Of a stretch of DNA of 64,000 nt, positions 1 to 9,538 are shown one piece after another. A model generated the notes under the pieces. The model was given only the letters and a program-made list of their open reading frames with translations. It did no database searches and had not been told where the DNA came from. The translations under genes were made by a program, and so were the position numbers. The stretch spans positions 1,760,001 to 1,824,000 of the forward strand of contig CAVVXN010000005.1 in NCBI GenBank assembly GCA_963752285.1, in the 5' to 3' direction. How positions within the stretch are numbered: position 1 is the stretch's first letter; every line of letters begins with the position of its first letter. This DNA comes from an uncultured Planctomycetota bacterium (GTDB taxonomy: Bacteria > Planctomycetota > PLA2 > JAEUHO01).

Positions 1-55
1 CAGCGGGGGAGCCGGGCGACGCGGCACGGGACGGCGCGCGTCCCCGGCGGGGCCT

Positions 56-1336
56 CTACCCCCCCGAGACGCGGCGGATACGCGCGCCGAGCCTCCCGAG
101 CTTCTCCTCGATCCGCTCGTAGCCGCGGTCGATGTGGTAGACGCGCTCGACGAGGGTCTTCCCGCGGGCCACGAGGCCCGCGACCACGAGCGCGGCGGAC
201 GCCCTCAGGTCCGAGGCCATGACCGGGCACCCGGAGAGGTGCTCCACCCCCTCGACGATCGCCGTCGGCCCCTCCTTTCGGATGCGCGCGCCCATGCGCT
301 GGAGCTCGGCGACGTGGATGAAGCGCTCGGGGTAGATCTTCTCGGTGACGAAGGAGTTGCCCGAGGCGACGGCGAGCAGCGCCATGAACTGCGCCTGGAG
401 GTCGGTGGGGAACCCCGGGTACGGAAGCGTCACGACGTCGGCGGGTCCGGGCCGCCCCGCGCCCGAGACCCGGAGCACGCCCGCGGGCAGGCGCTCCACC
501 GTGATCCCCATCCGGTCGAGGAGCGCGAGGGGCGCCGTGAGGTGTCCCGGCTCCGCGCCTCGGACGAGAACGTCCCCTCCCGTGATGACGGCCGCCGCGA
601 GGAGGGTGCCCGCCTCGATGCGGTCCGGGAGCACCCGCCACGTCGTGCCGCGAAGGCGCTCGACGCCCCGGATCTCGAGGGTCGGGCTCCCAATGCCCTC
701 GATCCGGGCCCCCATCGCGCAGAGGAAGCGCGCGAGGTCGGCCACCTCGGGCTCGCACGCCGCGCTCTGGATGACCGTCGTGCCGGGCACCAGCGTGGCG
801 GCGCACAGGACGTTGGCGGTTCCCGTGACGGTCGGCCCGAAGGGTCCGCCGAGGAAGATCTCGCGGTCCCGCTCGACCCCCATGCCGCGGCCCTCGGCGA
901 CGATGTACCCACCCTCGACCTCGAGGTCGGCGCCGAGCGCGGCGAGCCCGGCGATGTGGAGGTCCACCGGCCGCGGCCCGATCACGCACCCGCCGGGGAA
1001 CGAGACCTCGGCCCGGCGCCGGCGCCCGAGGAGGGGGCCGAGCACCGAGATCGAGGCCCGCATCGTCTTGACCAGCTCGTAGGGCGCCCGGGCGAGATCG
1101 GCGTCCCGGACCTCCGTCTCGATCGCCCCGTCCTCGGTCCGGTGCGCCTCCACGCCGAGGGTCGAGAGGATCTCGAGCATCGTGTGGACGTCCTTCAGCC
1201 GCGGGACCCCCTCCAGGCGGCAGGCGCCCTCGGCCATCAGGGTCGCGGCCAGGATCGGCAGGGCGGCGTTCTTGGCGCCGGCCACCTCGACCTCGCCGCG
1301 GAGCGGGACGCCGCCCTCGATCTCGAAGCGGTCCAT
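56..1336 (-). CDS. murA: UDP-N-acetylglucosamine 1-carboxyvinyltransferase
   Basis: [34 protein letters not shown] (catalytic Cys loop), [28 protein letters not shown] motifs. Confidence 0.97.
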   Translation of the reverse strand: MDRFEIEGGVPLRGEVEVAGAKNAALPILAATLMAEGACRLEGVPRLKDVHTMLEILSTLGVEAHRTEDGAIETEVRDADLARAPYELVKTMRASISVLGPLLGRRRRAEVSFPGGCVIGPRPVDLHIAGLAALGADLEVEGGYIVAEGRGMGVERDREIFLGGPFGPTVTGTANVLCAATLVPGTTVIQSAACEPEVADLARFLCAMGARIEGIGSPTLEIRGVERLRGTTWRVLPDRIEAGTLLAAAVITGGDVLVRGAEPGHLTAPLALLDRMGITVERLPAGVLRVSGAGRPGPADVVTLPYPGFPTDLQAQFMALLAVASGNSFVTEKIYPERFIHVAELQRMGARIRKEGPTAIVEGVEHLSGCPVMASDLRASAALVVAGLVARGKTLVERVYHIDRGYERIEEKLGRLGARIRRVSGG

Positions 1337-1488
1337 GGGGGGTCTCTCCCGGACGTCCCCGACGTCTCGTGCGGATGCTACCCACGATCCCCGATGGGGC
1401 GTCTTGGCCCTCTGGATGCCCTGGAGGCCTCCCGCCGGCGGCGATATGCTCCGGGATTCCCCATCCGACCCCCACGCGGAGCCTGCCC

Positions 1489-2880
1489 ATGCCCCCGGCC
1501 GCGGCCACCGACCTCCCTTCGTTCCTCGACGCCCTGACGTTCGCGGCCGACGACCTGGACGAGGCCCACGTGGCCGCGCGCACGTCCCGCGCGGGCAACG
1601 AGGCCGCCAAGCGTGCGCTCCGCCAGATCCCGGTCGCGGCGGTGGGCCAGGACGCGCTGAAGCGCGCCGCCGCCGCGTACGTCCTCTCGCGCCCCGAGGA
1701 GGCGGCCCGCACCCTCCCCCAGGCCGGCGACTCGCCGCAGGCGGTCCTCCTGCGAGGCCGCGTCGCTCTCGAGCTCGGCGACCCGTCCGGGGCGACGAAC
1801 CACTTCGCGTCGCTCGTGGGCTCCTCGGTGGACGGCGCGTCGCTTCTGCTCGACCTCGCGACGGCCTCGGCGCTCGCCGGCGACAGCGCGATGGCCCACA
1901 AGGCCGCCTCGAAGCTGCCCGAGGGCGCCGACCAGTCGTACGCGGAGGGCATCGCGCTCGAGTCGGACGGCGAGTACGACGAGGCGCGCGCGAAGTACGA
2001 GGCCGCGCTTCGCAAGGAACCCGAGCACCCCCACGCCCTGTTCCGCCTCGCGCTCCGCCTCGACATGGAGGGGGAGGACGATCGGGCGATCGAGTGCTAC
2101 ACGCGGCTCTCCAAGCTCCAGCCCACGTACGTCAACGCGCTCCTCAACCTGGCGCTCCTCTACGAGGACCGCGGCCAGCTCTCCGACGCGGAATCGTGCT
2201 ACCGCCGCGTCCTCGCCGCCGACCCGCAGCACGTCCGCGCGAAGATCGGCCTGAAGGACGTCCTGTCGTCCCAGACGATGTACTTCGACGAGGACCACGA
2301 GCGTCGCGAGGACCGCCGCGCGCAGGTCCTGCGCACGCCGATCTCCGAGTTCGAGCTCTCGGTGCGGTCGCGCAACTGCCTGGCGAAGATGAACATCGAC
2401 ACGCTCGGCGACCTCGTGCGGAAGACCGAGGCGGAGCTCCTCGCGTACAAGAACTTCGGCGAGACCTCGTTGCAGGAGATCAAGGACATCCTCGCGCAGA
2501 AGGGCCTGCGCCTGGGCATGACGACCGAGGACGAAGCCCCCCTCTACTCCACCTCGCGCGCCGAGGCCGAGGCCCAGCTCGACGCCCTCTTCGGCCAGCT
2601 GGGCGCGCCCGCCGGCACGGAGGGTGACGTCGATGCCGACGACGACATCGGTCTCGACGACGCGGACCAGATGGACGACCCGCGCTCCATCCCCATCGAC
2701 GCCCTCGACCTCTCGATCCGCGCCCGCCGGTGCCTCGACAGCCTCGACATCTCCACGGTCGGGGACCTCCTCGACCGGAGCGAGGCCGACCTGCTCTCGT
2801 CGAAGAACTTCGGCGACACGTCGCTGAACGAGATCCGCCGCAAGCTCGAGCGTTTCGGTCTGTCGCTGAAGAAGGGCTGA
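1489..2880 (+). CDS. TPR-repeat protein with two RNA polymerase alpha C-terminal-like domains
   Basis: TPR-like helices followed by two alpha-CTD-like repeats ([15 protein letters not shown]...[15 protein letters not shown] and [15 protein letters not shown]...[15 protein letters not shown]); start moved to ATG 1489. Confidence 0.88.
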   Translation: MPPAAATDLPSFLDALTFAADDLDEAHVAARTSRAGNEAAKRALRQIPVAAVGQDALKRAAAAYVLSRPEEAARTLPQAGDSPQAVLLRGRVALELGDPSGATNHFASLVGSSVDGASLLLDLATASALAGDSAMAHKAASKLPEGADQSYAEGIALESDGEYDEARAKYEAALRKEPEHPHALFRLALRLDMEGEDDRAIECYTRLSKLQPTYVNALLNLALLYEDRGQLSDAESCYRRVLAADPQHVRAKIGLKDVLSSQTMYFDEDHERREDRRAQVLRTPISEFELSVRSRNCLAKMNIDTLGDLVRKTEAELLAYKNFGETSLQEIKDILAQKGLRLGMTTEDEAPLYSTSRAEAEAQLDALFGQLGAPAGTEGDVDADDDIGLDDADQMDDPRSIPIDALDLSIRARRCLDSLDISTVGDLLDRSEADLLSSKNFGDTSLNEIRRKLERFGLSLKKG

Positions 2881-2914
2881 AGCCGCCGGGCGCGCGGCCG
2901 GGCCGGCGCTCCCC

Positions 2915-3499
2915 TCAGCCGCGGAGCGCCGCGCGCACGAGGTCGGAGACCGCGGCGTCGGGCGTCTTCCCGAGCGCCGACGCGACCCGTCGGTGCGCGT
3001 CGCCGGGGTCCATCCCGAGCACCACGAGCGCCGCGACGGCGTCCCCGGCCGGGCCCTCGGGCAACGGGACGCCCCCCACGCCCGGGCCGGTCCCGCCCTT
3101 CGCGAGCACGTCGCGGAGCTCGACGACGATGCGCTCCGCGGTCTTCTTTCCGACGCCCTTGACGCGGGTGAGCGCGCGGACGTCGCCCGACGTCACCGCG
3201 TCCTTGAGCTCCCTCGGCTCGAGGCCCGACAGGAGCCCGAGTGCGATCATCGGGCCCACGCCCGTGACCTTGAGCAGTGCGCGGAACACGTCCCGCTCCC
3301 CCTCGGTCGCGAACCCGAAGAGGCGCCACTCGTCCTCGCGAACGATCAGGTGCACGAGCAGGTCCACGGCCTCGCCCGGCGCCGGCAGACGTTCGAAGGT
3401 CGAAAGCGACACGGAGAGCGCGTAGCCGAGCCCCCCCACGTCCACCACGATGCGCGTGGGATCCCGGTGGCGCATCGTCCCGTGGAGCGAGTCGAACAC
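2915..3499 (-). CDS. ruvA: Holliday junction branch migration protein RuvA
   Basis: VVDVGGLGY, LIVREDEWRLFGF, LLKVTGVGP, GVGKKTAERIVVELRD; GTG start at 3499. Confidence 0.95.
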   Translation of the reverse strand: MFDSLHGTMRHRDPTRIVVDVGGLGYALSVSLSTFERLPAPGEAVDLLVHLIVREDEWRLFGFATEGERDVFRALLKVTGVGPMIALGLLSGLEPRELKDAVTSGDVRALTRVKGVGKKTAERIVVELRDVLAKGGTGPGVGGVPLPEGPAGDAVAALVVLGMDPGDAHRRVASALGKTPDAAVSDLVRAALRG

Positions 3500-3505
3500 G
3501 CGCGA

Positions 3506-3513
3506 AGTATACT
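3506..3513. promoter_or_regulatory. Palindromic AGTATACT, candidate bidirectional -10 box between ruvA and asnS
   Basis: Reads TATACT on both strands in a GC-rich divergent spacer; 6 nt upstream of the ruvA GTG. Confidence 0.5.
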
Positions 3514-3574
3514 CCGCGGCTTCCCGCCTCCCGCCGGGGCACCGCGTCCCGCGCGCCGACCGGACCACGTTCCC

Positions 3575-4873
3575 ATGCGCGACCGCACTTGGATCCACGA
3601 CCTTCGAAGGCACGTCGGCGAAGAGGTGACGGTCTACGGGTGGGTGCGCCACCGTCGCACGGCGGGCCGCCTCTCCTTCCTCGAGGTGCGTGACGGCTCC
3701 GGCGACGTCCAGGTCGTCGTGCGCGCGGGCGCCGCGAGTCCCGCGGCCTCAGAGGCGGCGGCGAAGGTCGCCCTGGAGAGCAGCGTACGCGTGCACGGCG
3801 TAGCCCAGGCGCACCCGAAGCGACCGGACGAGTGCGAGATCGACGCCCGGGACGTCGAGGTGGTCGGTCCCACGACCCTGGAGTGGCCGCTCGGAAAGAA
3901 GGACCACGGCACGGGGTTTCTCTTCGAGAACCGGCACCTCTGGCTCCGGGGGTCGAAGCCGGCCGCGGTGCTCCGCCTCCGCGCCCAGGTCATCCGCGCG
4001 CTGGTGGAGCACCTCGACGCGCTCGGGTTCGTCCGCGTGGACGCCCCGATCTTCCAGTCGGCGGCGGCCGAGGGAACCGCGACGCTCTTCCCGGTGGAGT
4101 ACTTCGACCAGAAGGTGTACCTCTCGCAGACCGGCCAGCTCCACATGGAAGCGGCCGCCCAGGCGCTCGGCCGCGTGTACTGCTTCGGGCCGACCTTTCG
4201 CGCCGAGAAGTCGAAGACCCGCCGCCATCTCACCGAGTTCTGGATGCTCGAGCCCGAGATCTCGTTCGCGAGCCTCGACGAGGTGATGGACCTCATGGAG
4301 AGCCTCGTCGGTCACGTCGTCGAGCGCGTCCTCGAGCGATCGCGGGCCGAGCTCGCCACCCTGGGCCGCGACCCGGCGCGCCTCGAGGCCGCACGCCCGC
4401 CCTTCGCCCGGATCTCCTACGACGAGGCCCTCGCCCTCCTCGAGGGGACCCCCGAGTCGATCCCGTGGGGCGAAGACTTCGGCGCGCCCCAGGAGGACGC
4501 GATCTCGAAGCGGTTCGACAAGCCGGTCCTCGTCCACCGCTTCCCGGCTCGGGTGAAGGCCTTCTACATGCGCCCCGACCCCGAACGGCCCGACGTCGCG
4601 CTCGGCTGCGACCTGATCGCCCCCGACGGCTACGGCGAGATCATCGGAGGCGGCGAGCGGAGCTCGGACCTCGCGTTCCTCGAGCGACGGATCGCCGAGG
4701 AGGGTCTGCCCCCGGAAGCGTACGCGTGGTACCTCGACCTTCGCCGCTATGGCGCCGCGCCGAGCGCCGGGTTCGGGCTGGGCCTGGAGCGGGTGGTCGC
4801 CTGGCTTGGCGGCCTCGATCACGTTCGCGAGGCCGCCCCCTTCCCCCGCACCCTCCACCGGACGGCGCCCTGA
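3575..4873 (+). CDS. asnS: Asparagine--tRNA ligase
   Basis: OB-fold start (VTVYGWVRHRR...FLEVRDGSG), YLSQTGQL, FRAEKSKTRRHLTEFWMLEPE, GEIIGGGER, GFGLGLER. Confidence 0.95.
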   Translation: MRDRTWIHDLRRHVGEEVTVYGWVRHRRTAGRLSFLEVRDGSGDVQVVVRAGAASPAASEAAAKVALESSVRVHGVAQAHPKRPDECEIDARDVEVVGPTTLEWPLGKKDHGTGFLFENRHLWLRGSKPAAVLRLRAQVIRALVEHLDALGFVRVDAPIFQSAAAEGTATLFPVEYFDQKVYLSQTGQLHMEAAAQALGRVYCFGPTFRAEKSKTRRHLTEFWMLEPEISFASLDEVMDLMESLVGHVVERVLERSRAELATLGRDPARLEAARPPFARISYDEALALLEGTPESIPWGEDFGAPQEDAISKRFDKPVLVHRFPARVKAFYMRPDPERPDVALGCDLIAPDGYGEIIGGGERSSDLAFLERRIAEEGLPPEAYAWYLDLRRYGAAPSAGFGLGLERVVAWLGGLDHVREAAPFPRTLHRTAP

Positions 4874-4962
4874 GGGCCCCGTTCGCGGCCCTTCCTCCTC
4901 CTTGCGTGCGTTCGCACGCGGCGTCGTCGTCATGGCCACTCCTTGGGGCCCTCAGGGCGCCG
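4863..4962. repeat. ~100-bp structured repeat element A (single copy), 18-bp terminal inverted repeat
   Basis: CGGCGCCCTGAGGGCCCC / GGGGCCCTCAGGGCGCCG arms; core CTTCCTCCTCCTTGCGTGCRTTCGCACGCGGCGTCGTCGTCATG shared with three copies at 11.5-12.0 kb. Confidence 0.9.
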
Positions 4963-4987
4963 CTGGCGTACGGACGGGCTCGCGTGC

Positions 4988-5435
4988 GGGCTCGCGGGCC
5001 CGCCTTTGGCGGGGCCGCATCGCGCGGGGCGGGGCGGGGGGGCGGGCTCGCGGGCCCGCCTTTGGCGGGGCCGCATCGCGCGGGGCGGGGCGGGGGGGCG
5101 GGCTCGCGGGCCCGCCTTTGGCGGGGCCGCGTCGCGCCGGGCGGGGCGGGGGGCGGGCTCGCGGGCCCGCCTTTGGCGGGGCCGCGTCGCGGCGGGGCGG
5201 GGCGGGGGGCGGGCTCGCGGGCCCGCCTTTGGCGGGGCCGCATCGCGCCGGGCGGGGCGGGGGGGCGGGCTCGCGGGCCCGCCTTTGGCGGGGCCGCATC
5301 GCGCGGGGCGGGGCGGGGGGCGGGCTCGCGGGCCCGCCTTTGGCGGGGCCGCTTCGCGGGGGGGCGGGGCGGGGGGCGCGCTCGCGGGCCCGCCTTTGGC
5401 GGGGCCGCTTCGCGGGGGGCGGCGGGGGGGGCGGG
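4988..5435. repeat. G-rich tandem array, 8 copies of a ~55-56-bp unit
   Basis: Unit GGGCTCGCGGGCCCGCCTTTGGCGGGGCCGC plus G-run linker; starts near 4988, 5044, 5100, 5155, 5211, 5267, 5322, 5378. Confidence 0.95.
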
Positions 5436-5463
5436 TAGAGTCGGGTGGGCGGTGGAGGCGTGG

Positions 5464-6486
5464 ATGAGCTCGAACGATTCGTCCCATCCCGAGGCGGCCG
5501 GGCGGATTCGTGCGCTCGAGGAGGCGGTGGCCTCGACGGTGCTCGGGCAGGACTCGGCGGTCCGGGAGGCCGTGGCCTGCCTCCTGGCGGGCGGGCACGG
5601 ACTCCTCGAGGGCGCGCCGGGGATGGGCAAGACGCTGCTCGTCCGCTCCCTCGCCGCGGCCACCGGACTCCGGTTCACCCGGATCCAGTTCACGCCGGAC
5701 CTGCTCCCCGCCGACATCACGGGGACCGAGGTGCTCGACAGCGAGGGGGTGGGTCGCACCTTCGCGTTCCGGCCCGGCCCGCTCTTCGGGCAGGTCGTGC
5801 TGGCCGACGAGGTGAACCGCGCGACGCCGCGCACCCAGTCGGCTCTGATCGAGGCGATGGCCGAGCGGGGCGTCTCGGTGGGGAACGAACGCCACCCCCT
5901 GCCCGAGCCGTTCTGCGTCCTGGCGACCCAGAACCCGATCGAGATGGAGGGCACGTTTCCGCTGCCCGAGGCGCAGCTCGACCGGTTCCTCCTGAAGATC
6001 CTGGTCCCCGCGCCGTCGGAGGCCGCCCTCGTCTCGATCCTGGAGCGGACGGACCAGCCGGAGCCCAGGCTCCCGGAACCGGCCACCACGCCCGACGACC
6101 TTCGCGCGCTGATCGAGGAGGTCCGCGCCGTGGTGGTCCCCGGCCCGCTGTACCGCCAGGTCGCCCGCTGGGTGAAGGCCACGGCCCCCTTCGGCCTCGA
6201 GGCCACCGCCGCGGCGCGCCGGGCGCTCCGGCTCGGCTCGAGCGTGCGCGGCGGCGAGGCGATCTGTCGCGTGGCGCGCGTGGCCGCCCTGCGCGAGGGG
6301 CGCGGCTACGTCACGAGCCAGGACCTCGCGTCCGCGCTGCTCCCCGCGCTTCGACACCGTCTCCTCCCCTCCTTCGAGGCCGAGGCGCGCGGACTCGTGG
6401 GAGACGCCCTCGTCTCGGACGTGCTCCACGACGTGGCGGAGCTCCCCCCCGAGGTCGAGCGCGTCCTGGCCGCCATCGAGCGCTGA
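5464..6486 (+). CDS. MoxR-family AAA+ ATPase
   Basis: LLEGAPGMGKT (Walker A), RIQFTPDLLPADITG, LADEVNRATPRTQSAL, ATQNPIEMEGTFPLPEAQLDRF; start ATG 5464. Confidence 0.93.
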   Translation: MSSNDSSHPEAAGRIRALEEAVASTVLGQDSAVREAVACLLAGGHGLLEGAPGMGKTLLVRSLAAATGLRFTRIQFTPDLLPADITGTEVLDSEGVGRTFAFRPGPLFGQVVLADEVNRATPRTQSALIEAMAERGVSVGNERHPLPEPFCVLATQNPIEMEGTFPLPEAQLDRFLLKILVPAPSEAALVSILERTDQPEPRLPEPATTPDDLRALIEEVRAVVVPGPLYRQVARWVKATAPFGLEATAAARRALRLGSSVRGGEAICRVARVAALREGRGYVTSQDLASALLPALRHRLLPSFEAEARGLVGDALVSDVLHDVAELPPEVERVLAAIER

Positions 6487-6545
6487 GCGCGGCCTCGCCG
6501 GTTGGCGGACCGGCGGCGGACTCGACGCCGCGAACGACCCGGGCC

Positions 6546-6581
6546 AAGGAAAGGGGCCGCGACCCGGCGGGTCGCGGCCCC
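6546..6581 (-). terminator. Intrinsic terminator for the minus-strand lipoprotein gene
   Basis: 13-bp perfect stem GGGGCCGCGACCC/GGGTCGCGGCCCC followed by TTTCCTT on the minus strand; second hairpin at about 6593-6624. Confidence 0.7.
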
Positions 6582-6635
6582 AGAGATGGGGAGCGGAGGG
6601 GGGCGGTCGCGCCGCCCCTCCGCCGCCAGCGGAGG

Positions 6636-9053
6636 TCACTGCGTGCTGCAGGTCGCGAGGAAGCGCACGCCCGGGATCGAGATCGGGCTGTAGAAGTCCC
6701 GCGCTCCCGTGATCATGTTGACCGCGGTGATGAGACCCGAGCCGCGCGCGCAGATGTAGAGCTTCTGCGCGGTTGCGAGGCTCCCGTCCTGCGCCTGGAG
6801 CTGCTGCTCCGTGCCGTTGAACCAGCACTTGGGGTTCGTGCTGCACAACCAAGGCGCCCCGACGAAGTCGATGCACGGCCCCACCCACGCGGCGGGGTGC
6901 GCGATCGAGACGGGGTTCGCCCCGACGTTCCCGAACGTGTTGATGATGCGGGGCGTGTTGAAGGCGCCGACCTCGAGGCCCAGCGTCCGGACCCGGTCCG
7001 CCGCCGCGCCCGACTCGGCGAGCGCGAACCACGCGCCGTTGCCCATGGGCAGGATCTCGTCGAGACCCGCCGGGCCGTCGAAGCCCGTCAGATCGCCGAC
7101 GATGCTGTCCGCCGCGATGCCCTGGCTCGCGCCGGTGTCGCAGGACGGACCCGAGATGTAGTACGCCACCTTGCCCTCGCCGGGCAGCCCGCCCTGGGAG
7201 ATGGCCGCCAGGAAGAGCGGCGGGTTGTTGCCCGTGAGGCAGGGCGACATCACGACGTCGTTCGGCGCCGAGTTCGGCCCGAGGTTGAACTGCTTGACCG
7301 GGCCGTCCAGGTTCATGCGCGTCGTGTTGACGACGCCGTCCGTGTAGTCGTTGTACATGAGGATCGGCTGCGGAGGTCCGGGGTAGCCCGGGTCACGGTT
7401 CCACGAACCGGTCGGCGAGAGCGACATCGAGACCGCGCGCGGCGTGTTCCCGGTCTGCTGGACGTGCTGGACGAAGATCGGGCCGTTCAGGTACGAGATG
7501 CCCGTCGTCAGGTAGCCCACGTCGTAGAACGTCAGGGTATTCGCCGACGTGTTCGTCACGACGACGATGTTCGCCGCCTGGCCGAACCCGGTCTGGTTCG
7601 AGATCCCGCCGGGACGCGGCGTGTTGACGATCGCGACCGGCAGGCTCCACCGGGAGTCGATGATCACGAGCTGACCGCTGTTCGACGACATGGCGTACAC
7701 GAACGTGTTGCAGGTCGCGCCGTTGGTCCGGTTGTCGATGCTCAGCTCGAGGGGCTCGAAGCCCGGGATCGTGGTGCTGTTGGCGACCGTGTTCGTGTAC
7801 TTCGGGAGCACGTTCTTCGGGACGCCGGTGGGGAACACCACCGCGCCGGTGAACTGGTCGGCCAGGCCGACCTGGTTGATCGTGTCGAGCGCGCCCACGG
7901 CGTTCGAGGTCGCCCACCAGACCGCGTACTCGGGGAAGGGGTTCTGCGGGAGATCCGGAGGCGCGATCGTCTGGAACGAGAACTTGAAGGAGACGAGGAG
8001 CGGATTCCCGGAGAGGTCGGCGATCGGCGCCGCGTTGTCCGGGCTCTGGAGGTCCGGGTCGGCGTCGGCGGCGGCCTGCGTGTTGTAGGCGCCGACGACC
8101 GTGCCCTCCACGATCGTCCCGAAGGGGAAGCCGGGGTTCGCATACGTGTCGGGCCGCCAGATGACCTCGTGGCCGTTCGAGGGGAGCGTGGCGCCGTCGT
8201 AGGTGCTCTTCAGCTCGGGGAAGTTGGCGGCCGGCGGGATGAGCGGAGGTGCGCCGGCGGCCGGCGGGAAGCCCGCGTCGATGAAGGTGATGTTGCCCAC
8301 GGTCACGCGGGAGGCGTCGATCGCCTCGTTGAACGTGATGAGCACGTCGGGGGACGTGGGGCCGAAGATGTTCGTGCGCACGTCCGCGACGTTCGTCGCG
8401 CCCAGCGGCTGCGGAGGGGGCGCGCCCGCGCCGACGCCGACCGCGTTGTCGATCGGCTGCGTGGTGACCACCTCGGGAGAGATCGAGTCGTTCGCGCCGA
8501 CCGTGAACGACATGTGGACAGGGCCGTCCTGCAGGCCCTTGCCCTCGACGTTCTTCACGTTGTCGAGGACGCTGATCTCGTACTGGCCGTCCGCCAGCGG
8601 CAGCACGGCCGGCGTGCAGACGATCCGGTCCGACTGCACCTCGACCTGCGACAACGGGAGCTCGACGTTGCCGCTGCCGGGGATGTACTGGAGGACCTGG
8701 AGCGCGGAGAGGTCGAGACCCAGGCCGGGGTCGCCGCCCACGAAGATCGACTTCGGGTCGAGCGTGGTCTCGGACTGGAAGAAGATGACGATCTTCCCCG
8801 GGTACCTCGAGTCCGTGGACACGGTCAGGTTGCCGTCGGTGAAGGTCGGGCTCTGCTGGTTCGTGTTGAAGTCGATCGGGCTCATGAAGGGCGAGAAGCC
8901 CCGGACGAGCGGCGACTGCACGTGGTGGTTCGTCGGGCCGCCACCGCCGCAGGACGCGGCGAGGAGACCGAACGCGACGAGCAGTGCGCCGGCCAGGCGA
9001 CCTCGCGCCACCGAACGCACCTTGCTGTGACTGGCCATGTGGTGATTGACCAT
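6636..9053 (-). CDS. Large secreted lipoprotein with Ig-like and probable beta-propeller regions
   Basis: Lipobox LLAASC, Asn/Thr/Gly/Pro-rich beta composition, Ig-like PEVVTTQP...ITFNEAID, YVTN-like VVVTNTSANTLTFYD; SD GAAGGAGAGG upstream. Confidence 0.75.
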   Translation of the reverse strand: MVNHHMASHSKVRSVARGRLAGALLVAFGLLAASCGGGGPTNHHVQSPLVRGFSPFMSPIDFNTNQQSPTFTDGNLTVSTDSRYPGKIVIFFQSETTLDPKSIFVGGDPGLGLDLSALQVLQYIPGSGNVELPLSQVEVQSDRIVCTPAVLPLADGQYEISVLDNVKNVEGKGLQDGPVHMSFTVGANDSISPEVVTTQPIDNAVGVGAGAPPPQPLGATNVADVRTNIFGPTSPDVLITFNEAIDASRVTVGNITFIDAGFPPAAGAPPLIPPAANFPELKSTYDGATLPSNGHEVIWRPDTYANPGFPFGTIVEGTVVGAYNTQAAADADPDLQSPDNAAPIADLSGNPLLVSFKFSFQTIAPPDLPQNPFPEYAVWWATSNAVGALDTINQVGLADQFTGAVVFPTGVPKNVLPKYTNTVANSTTIPGFEPLELSIDNRTNGATCNTFVYAMSSNSGQLVIIDSRWSLPVAIVNTPRPGGISNQTGFGQAANIVVVTNTSANTLTFYDVGYLTTGISYLNGPIFVQHVQQTGNTPRAVSMSLSPTGSWNRDPGYPGPPQPILMYNDYTDGVVNTTRMNLDGPVKQFNLGPNSAPNDVVMSPCLTGNNPPLFLAAISQGGLPGEGKVAYYISGPSCDTGASQGIAADSIVGDLTGFDGPAGLDEILPMGNGAWFALAESGAAADRVRTLGLEVGAFNTPRIINTFGNVGANPVSIAHPAAWVGPCIDFVGAPWLCSTNPKCWFNGTEQQLQAQDGSLATAQKLYICARGSGLITAVNMITGARDFYSPISIPGVRFLATCSTQ

Positions 9054-9523
9054 CTCGGTCGGTCCTCTCCTTCACAGGTCCGGGCTCGGTTCCGCCGCTC
9101 CGGATCTCGGGAATGCCTCGCGCGTGATCGACGTGAACCACGTCGCCCGGGGTGCCCGGTCCCGGCACCGCCCCCACCCGTCGTCCGAGGCCCAGACGTT
9201 CAAACGCACGAGGTCCGCTTCCGGCATCCTCGAATCGCGTCCGGCGCCCGCGTCTCGCCCCCGACGATCCCGCGGGAGAGCGCCCAGGCGGGCGTCCTCG
9301 CGGTCCTCGGGATGGCGCACGCGTTCCATCGACGGTGGTCCTTCCGGCCCTGGCCCGAGCCCAAGGCGATCCAACGATCCCAGCGTCCAGCGGCCCGGAA
9401 TTCTAGGGTCCCGGGCCTCGGACGGGGAGCCCCGATCGGGCCCCGCGTCCGCCCGGAGTCGTCCTCGTCCAGGCGAGGCGCCCATGCAGCGCACCGGGCA
9501 CACGCTGCCGCGGCCAGTCGAGC

Positions 9524-9538
9524 GCAACCGCCGTGCCA
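9524..9538 (-). promoter_or_regulatory. sigma54 (RpoN) -24/-12 promoter
   Basis: Minus strand reads TGGCAC-GGCGG-TTGC, matching the TGGCAC-N5-TTGC consensus, oriented toward the 805-aa lipoprotein gene. Confidence 0.7.

Noticed and set aside
1489..2880. rpoA
   Set aside because: No alpha N-terminal dimerisation domain and no ribosomal protein operon context
4988..5435. CRISPR array
   Set aside because: Sequences between the repeats are near-identical G-rich linkers, not unique spacers; no cas genes in the window
3832..5463. 884-aa MoxR with a repeat-encoded N terminus
   Set aside because: The frame overlaps asnS out of frame and stays open only because of GC-rich repeats; the likely start is ATG 5464
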